A stretch of 64,000 nt of DNA from contig OZ024742.1 of NCBI GenBank assembly GCA_964016885.1, positions 28,830,001-28,894,000 on the forward strand. Direction: 5' to 3'. This DNA is from Eledone cirrhosa (Eukaryota). The position numbers and the translations under genes are program-made. Every line of letters begins with the position of its first letter. Within the stretch, counting starts at the first letter, position 1. Under the pieces are notes generated by a model, which was not told the origin of the DNA, made no database searches, and saw only the letters and a list, made by a program, of their open reading frames with translations. This document shows, in pieces, positions 58,046-64,000 of this stretch.

Positions 58046-60293
58046 GAAAAACCGAAAATAATTAACATTTCAAATACAAACCTCTCAGCCCAACAAGTAA
58101 AAATTCTCTCCAAAGGTCTGAAATTCACACCAACACCACAATATCCTAACCCCAACGAGATAAATGACGATATCTCACACTTCTGTAGAAAATTACGTCT
58201 CACAGAGGAATTCTTTGACAAGGAGAATAACGACGAATCAATTGTACGGAATAAAAGCAGCTACAACCCAACAAAAGGTAGAAACAGAGTTCTGGACAAA
58301 TTTTGTGACCACATAGCTACCTTCCCATACCATGAACTACCGCAACCTAAACCCAAACCAAGTCGAAGGGAATGGTAGATTATCCATGAACTAAAAAACA
58401 ATACGGACATTGAAATTAAGGAAGCGGACAAGGGAAGTACTGTTGTCATTATGGAGGCTGAAAAATATAAAAATTCTATGTTCTCTCTCTTACAAAATAC
58501 TAATTACTATGAAAGAGTAAAAAACTACCAGCAATCAAAAATAATGACCAAATTAAACACACTGATTTATCGATACCAGGAAGACCTAACTAAAAAGGAA
58601 CGCGATTATTTAACAAATTTTGAATACAAAACCAGCAACCTTTACGGACTTCCGAAGATCCACAAATGTAAAATAATCAACGATGCCTGTAAACAATCCA
58701 CCTCAGCCTGCGTGAACACACAATACCCCACAGACCTTAAATTAAGACCAATTGTAGCGGGCCCACAATGTGAAACACACAGATTGAGCAACTTTATAGA
58801 CATACTACTGAAACCAATACTGAAACACATACCAAGCCTTGTAAGAGACGATCTGGACCTCTTAAACCACCTCCCCAAACATGTCAACAACGACACTATT
58901 ATTGTGTCTTTCGATGTAGTGAATCTCTACACAACGATCCCACACCAATACGGACTAGAAGCAATAGGATTCTGGCTAGAGAAATATCCCAATGAGATAC
59001 CTGACAGAATAGAAAAAAGCTTCATCACCGAGGGATTAAAATTCATCCTACAGAACAACTTTTTTGATTTCGATGGCAATACTTACAAGCAAATATCGGG
59101 GACTGCGATGGGCACAAAAGCCGCTCCAACTTATGCCAACTTAGTCATGGCATACTTAGAAGTCCAGATATATGAACAGTCCAAATCAAAATACGGATTG
59201 AACTTCCACAAATATTTATCAGAGAATTGGAAACGCTACTTGGATGATTGCCTCATTCTTTGGTCCCACGCACTCGACCAACTGAAGGATTTCAAAAACT
59301 TAATAAACGGCATCAATAACCACATCCAATTCACAATGGAATACAGCCAAGATCAACTCCCATTTCTGGACATCTTAATCACACAAAAAGACACAAATAT
59401 CGAAACTGACATACACTACAAACCAACAGATTCCAAACAATATCTGCTATTCACCTCCAACCATCCAAAGCACACGAAGACAAACATTCCTTTTAACCTA
59501 GCAAGAAGAATTTGCACAATTGTCTCCAATTATGAAACGCGAAATAAAAGACTTCAAGAATTAAAGGAAATTCTACTTGAGAGAGAGTACCCACTATTAC
59601 TAATAAATAATGGAATAGAAAGGGCTAAAGCAATAGGCATTGATGAATTACGGAAACAGAAACAAATTCAAGGTACGTCCAATATTCTATCATATATCTC
59701 AACACACAACCCAAGAAATGCGGAAGCTTACAACACTATTCACAATAACATCCCACTACTAAAATAAAACCCAAGAATGAAAAAAGCCCTTGAAACACAC
59801 AAAATAATCAAAAGCAAAAGACAACCAAAATCACTGAAAACATTACTCACCAATGCCAAATTACCTACCACAAACCCACAACCAAGTATCAAAAAATGTG
59901 GTCGCTCTAATTGTGGAACCTGCACTCACCTCATTGAAGGCAATACGTATACATTTAAATCAGGACAAAATTTTACTGTAAAAAAATTACTTCACTTGCT
60001 CATCAAAAAATCTAATTTATGCCATTAAATGTAAAGGATGCAATGAAGATTATATAGGACAAACTAAACTCACACTCAGAAACAGAATGACAGTTCATCG
60101 CCAACAATTACGAGATCCAACCACGAGACAGATACCACTAAGTGCATATCTAGACATTTGCGCAAGTAATAAGACACACAAATTCCAAGTCTTCCCATTT
60201 TACCTTTGCGCTAACAATACAACAGAACAAATGCGAATAAATAAGGAAAATATGTTTATTCAAAAATATAGACCAACATTAAATAAGGTTTAA
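58046..60293 (+). pseudogene. PLE2 RT-GIY-YIG ORF; stops near 58376 and 59765, frameshift in the A-run at about 59980-59986
   Basis: ORF track pieces 58451-59767, 59777-60028 and 60087-60293, plus upstream in-frame sequence. Confidence 0.88.
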
Positions 60294-60454
60294 TATACAT
60301 TATGTCAACACCACAATATGACATACACACACACACATAACACCTTCTACTTTAGAAAATAAAAACCCGAACTAAATAAACCTTAACATACGTTTGCACT
60401 GGCAATACAACAGCAAACACGAAAAAGTCAGGAAAATATGTTCATTCAAAAATA

Positions 60455-61095
60455 TTCCTACTAAAGGAATCACTTTCCTATACACACACATACACACACA
60501 CACACAATATATATATATATATATATATATTCTCTTCATCTTAACATGCTAACCATACTCCCACACACATAACACCCATACACAAACATAACAACCCCCA
60601 CACCTACAACTCCCTCCCCATTTCTACTAATAGAACCACTTTCCTACACACATATATATATACACACACACAAAATATATATTCTCTCCATCTTAACATA
60701 CTCGCACACACACACATAACACCCATATACACACACACACTACTCCCTCCCCCATCTCTACTAATAGAATCATCTTCCTACTAAAGGAATCACTTTCCTA
60801 CACACACACATACACACACACACAATATATATATATATATATTCTCTTCATCTTAACATGCTAACCATACTCCCACACACATAACACCCATACACACACA
60901 TAACAACCCCCACACCTACAACTCCCTCCCCATTTCTACTAATAGAAACACTTTCCTACACACATATATATATACACACACACAAAATATATATTCTCTC
61001 CGTCTTAACATACTCGCACACACACACATAACACCCATATACACACACACACACCTCCCTCCCCCATATCTACTAATAGAATCATCTTCCAATAC
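60455..61095. repeat. About 320-bp tandem duplication in the PLE2 3' UTR, with internal subrepeats
   Basis: TTCCTACTAAAGGAATCACTTTCCTA occurs at 60455 and 60775, and the downstream sequence is collinear. Confidence 0.85.
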
Positions 61096-61636
61096 ACACA
61101 TACACACACACATATACACACACACAAGCACACAAATAAACACATATCTTCAGTCTCAATAGAAAATCTGAACTCTGACACATGAACTCCGACAGCTGGC
61201 CATATTCACTGAACCAGAACATTTCTCCCAATCCCTTTTCCCTTGACCACTATCTCTCCATTGTCATAACATTCACTATAAAGACTACAGAATAGTTTTC
61301 CAAATAAGGGCGCAAAAATGTAATGAAAACTTGTTCACGTGACAGCCAAATTTCATTTATAACCAACCAAAAAAAAGCCTTCGTGAGCCTCCTTTTTTCA
61401 AGTAAAAAGAAATTCAAACACTCATATATGAAAAAACAACCTGTGACCCCCCCCCCTCTCTTATTTGAAGAACTATTGTAACGCGAACTGGCGCGAAATT
61501 TATTATAATTATTGACAAACCAATCAAATTACTTCTCGAAAAACCTGGCTTTCGAGCCACTTTTTCCATATAAAACAAGTAACATTTATAGACCAACAAG
61601 ATGTGAGAAAAACCACAGACCCTCCATCTCAACTCA

Positions 61637-61674
61637 CCTTTTGAAAAGCAGAAGAACTGCGAAACCGGTAAAGG
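61637..61674 (+). ncRNA. Minimal type I hammerhead ribozyme with U3:A8 core variant (PLE2 3' end)
   Basis: Stem I CCTT/AAGG; core TTGAAAA at 61641-61647; stem II GCAG-AAGAA-CTGC; GAAA at 61661-61664; palindromic stem III CCGG; GUA cleavage after 61670. Confidence 0.8.
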
Positions 61675-61992
61675 AACCAAATAAATATATATATTTTTAA
61701 AAAAAATAAGACTTCAGTTGCATTTTCGATTTCATCTCTTTTTCTTTATACTTCCACTCGTGTAGGACACCTCGGTTATTTTTCATCTTGTAAAAAAAAA
61801 CCTCATTTTCTAATATATATAATATATATATATAATATATATATATAATATATATATATAATATATATATATAATATATATATATAATATATATATATAA
61901 TATATATATATAATATATATATATAATATATATATAGAATATATATATAGAATATATATATATATATAATATATATATAGAATATATATATA

Positions 61993-62045
<53 letters not shown>

Positions 62046-62503
62046 TTAGAAACACACAGATACATGCGGACGGTTCAGTCTGGTTCAGTCTGGTTCAGTC
62101 TGGTTCAAACTGAATTGGTCTGTCCCAGTCATTCATTGAGCAACATCGGTGAAGTTGGCACCCTTAACTCACAGTTGGGTGCGGATGCATTCATGTATAT
62201 ATGTGTGTGTCCGCATGTATCTGTGTGTTTCTAAATATATTAATAACTCCCTCTGGTCGAGCAATCTTTGAAGTGTGGGGACAACTGGAAAGCTTCCATT
62301 ACTCATACTTCTCGCCTTCTTCACTACCTCTTCTACGGCCTCGATATGAATACCCCCTCCGCCTCCGTGGTATTTTCTTCGTGGTTATAAGAGGCTTAGC
62401 TCTGTTTCTCGACCGTTATATCGCGTGACTGTCTCCCCCTCCGCCTTTTGGGATTCTTTCTCACGTCGTGTAGACGCGTTCTTGAGACTAGTAAAATGAG
62501 GTA

Positions 62504-62591
62504 TCCTCTTGATAAGTCGGCAGACCTCGCAAGGACTCTATATCTTTGATATATTGTTTTTGTTTATGCCACGAAACTACGTAGTCGAGGA
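62504..62591 (+). ncRNA. Type I hammerhead ribozyme, U3:A8 core variant (unit 1)
   Basis: Stem I TCCTC/GAGGA; core TTGATAA at 62509-62515; stem II GT(C)GGCA/TGCCAC; GAAA at 62573-62576; palindromic stem III CTACGTAG; GUC cleavage after 62586. Confidence 0.8.
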
Positions 62592-63094
62592 ATTTAGGAA
62601 CAGTTTAGGTATGATACATTTTATTACTAATTATATCTAAATGTTTCTTCTCTCTTCATAATGTATTTTTAACTCTGATACTGGTTCAGTCTGGTTCAAA
62701 CTGAATTGGTCTGTCCCAGTCATTCATTGAGCAACATCGGTGAAGTTGGCACCCTTAACTCACAGTTGGGTGCGGATGCATTCATGTATATATGTGTGTG
62801 TCCGCATGTATCTGTGTGTTTCTAAATATATTAATAACTCCCTCTGGTCGAGCAATCTTTGAAGTGTGGGGACAACTGGAAAGCTTCCATTACTCATACT
62901 TCTCGCCTTCTTCACTACCTCTTCTACGGCCTCGATATGAATACCCCCTCCGCCTCCGTGGTATTTTCTTCGTGGTTATAAGAGGCTTAGCTCTGTTTCT
63001 CGACCGTTATATCGCGTGACTGTCTCCCCCTCCGCCTTTTGGGATTCTTTCTCACGTCGTGTAGACGCGTTCTTGAGACTAGTAAAATGAGGTA

Positions 63095-63182
63095 TCCTCT
63101 TGATAAGTCGGCAGACCTCGCAAGGACTCTATATCTTTGATATATTGTTTTTGTTTATGCCACGAAACTACGTAGTCGAGGA
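63095..63182 (+). ncRNA. Type I hammerhead ribozyme, U3:A8 core variant (unit 2)
   Basis: Same sequence as 62504-62591 at +591; cleavage after 63177. Confidence 0.8.
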
Positions 63183-63400
63183 ATTTAGGAACAGCTTAGG
63201 TATGATACATTTTATTACTAATTATATCTAAATGTTTCTTCTCTCTTCATAATGTATATATATAATATATATATATAATATATATATATATAATATATAT
63301 ATAGGAACGATCGACTTTCGTCAAATCGGACCGAGGGAACAATGATTCGTTGGTCTTTCCAATTGCTAATACTATCTATCGGTCGCAACTCCAGGTAGAA

Positions 63401-63520
63401 GGAGCAACGTGAAATAAAGTGTCTTGCTCAAGGACATAACGCGTCGCCTGGTCCAGGAATCGAACTCACAACCTTACGATTGCGAATCCAATTCTCTAAC
63501 CACTCAGCCACACGCCTTCA
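63401..63520 (-). mobile_element. tRNA-derived SINE head with a CORE-like segment
   Basis: The reverse complement reads TGAAGGCGTGTGGCTGAGTGGTTAGAG (A box)...GAGTTCGATTCC (B box)...GTCCTTGAGCAAGACACTTTATTTCAC. Confidence 0.8.
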
Positions 63521-63598
63521 TATGATATATATATATAATATATATATATAATATATATATATAATATATATATATATATATAATATATATATATATAA

Positions 63599-64000
63599 TC
63601 TATATATATAAAACTGTGGTTGTCTGTCTGTCTATCGAAGTTTGGCACACATCTCCTCTTAGAATCTCTCACGGAATTGCACCGAAATTGCTATACTTGT
63701 ACATTGAGCCCTAGCGAAGACATCGGAAAAAAAATATTTCAAATTGACCCACCCTATGTGACGAAATCGAATATAATGTATCGATTTTTGAGCGTAAGTT
63801 ATCAGTTATTTCCCTTTGTTCTGTTTACTTTGAGCGTCTTACGTAAAAAATTACGCTGTCTTTAACAGTTGTCGAGCCAGCAAAATATTGACCTGCAAAA
63901 TTCATCTGTTCGAACACTAAGCATCCGTTTTGCTTCATTTCCATTTAAAAGCATTTTAAAACAATATTTTTACTTGAAAACAAGTCTATTTAAAGACTAC
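63599..64000 (+). mobile_element. Probable non-autonomous Helitron 5' end, running off the window
   Basis: A|TCTATATATATAAAACTG...GTCTGTCTGTCT...GCACCGAAATT resembles invertebrate non-autonomous Helitron 5' termini. The 3' CTRR end is not visible. Confidence 0.45.

Larger units (their letters stand above)
58045..61810 (+). mobile_element. Penelope-like element 2 (Neptune-like), 5'-truncated, with a long 3' UTR containing a hammerhead; flanked by (TA)n
   Basis: LSKGLKFTP, ADKG, YGLPKIHK, RPIV, SFDVVNLYT, GTAMG, RYLDD, FLD, CxxxxCxxC linker and NLIYAIKCKGCNEDYIGQT GIY-YIG. Confidence 0.9.
62038..63257 (+). mobile_element. Non-coding 591-bp tandem dimer with one hammerhead per unit (retrozyme or non-autonomous PLE-like)
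   Basis: 62090-62680 is repeated at 62681-63257. It is preceded by a 34-bp inverted segment (62038-62071 is the reverse complement of 62209-62242) and by GGTTCAGTCT repeats. Both ends sit in (TA)n. Confidence 0.8.

Noticed and set aside
62201-63019. Duplicated 75-aa ORF in the 591-bp units
   Set aside because: It has no recognisable domain, starts in a TG microsatellite and is identical only because the DNA is duplicated.
63440-63520. tRNA gene
   Set aside because: A and B boxes are present but continue into SINE body sequence without a proper acceptor stem; this is a SINE head.

Overview
Gene-poor, repeat-dominated animal DNA. The tRNA-SINE families, RTE-X tail and dense (TA)n/(CA)n tracts suggest a cephalopod, probably Octopus (inference). 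Bases 1-25.2 kb are one AAC-derived tandem array of 15/18-bp units. It is open in two + frames (Thr/Pro mucin-like and Asn/Ser/Asp) and cannot be shown to be a gene. The rest is a mosaic of retroelements that mostly abut microsatellites: two head-to-tail L1/Tx1-type LINEs (33.5-44.6 kb, minus strand), fragments of RLE-type (R4/Dong-like, CRE-like), RTE and RTE-X LINEs, SINEs, a mariner-type MITE, a probable Helitron 5' end, and two Penelope-like elements (one Naiad-like, one Neptune-like). The main unannotated signal is five hammerhead-ribozyme motifs from four unrelated sequence contexts between 54.6 and 63.2 kb. Three of the five carry the compensatory U3:A8 core instead of C3:G8. Two of those sit in a non-coding 591-bp tandem dimer with retrozyme/pLTR architecture, which predicts a 591-nt self-cleaved, potentially circular RNA. 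No host protein-coding gene can be supported with confidence.
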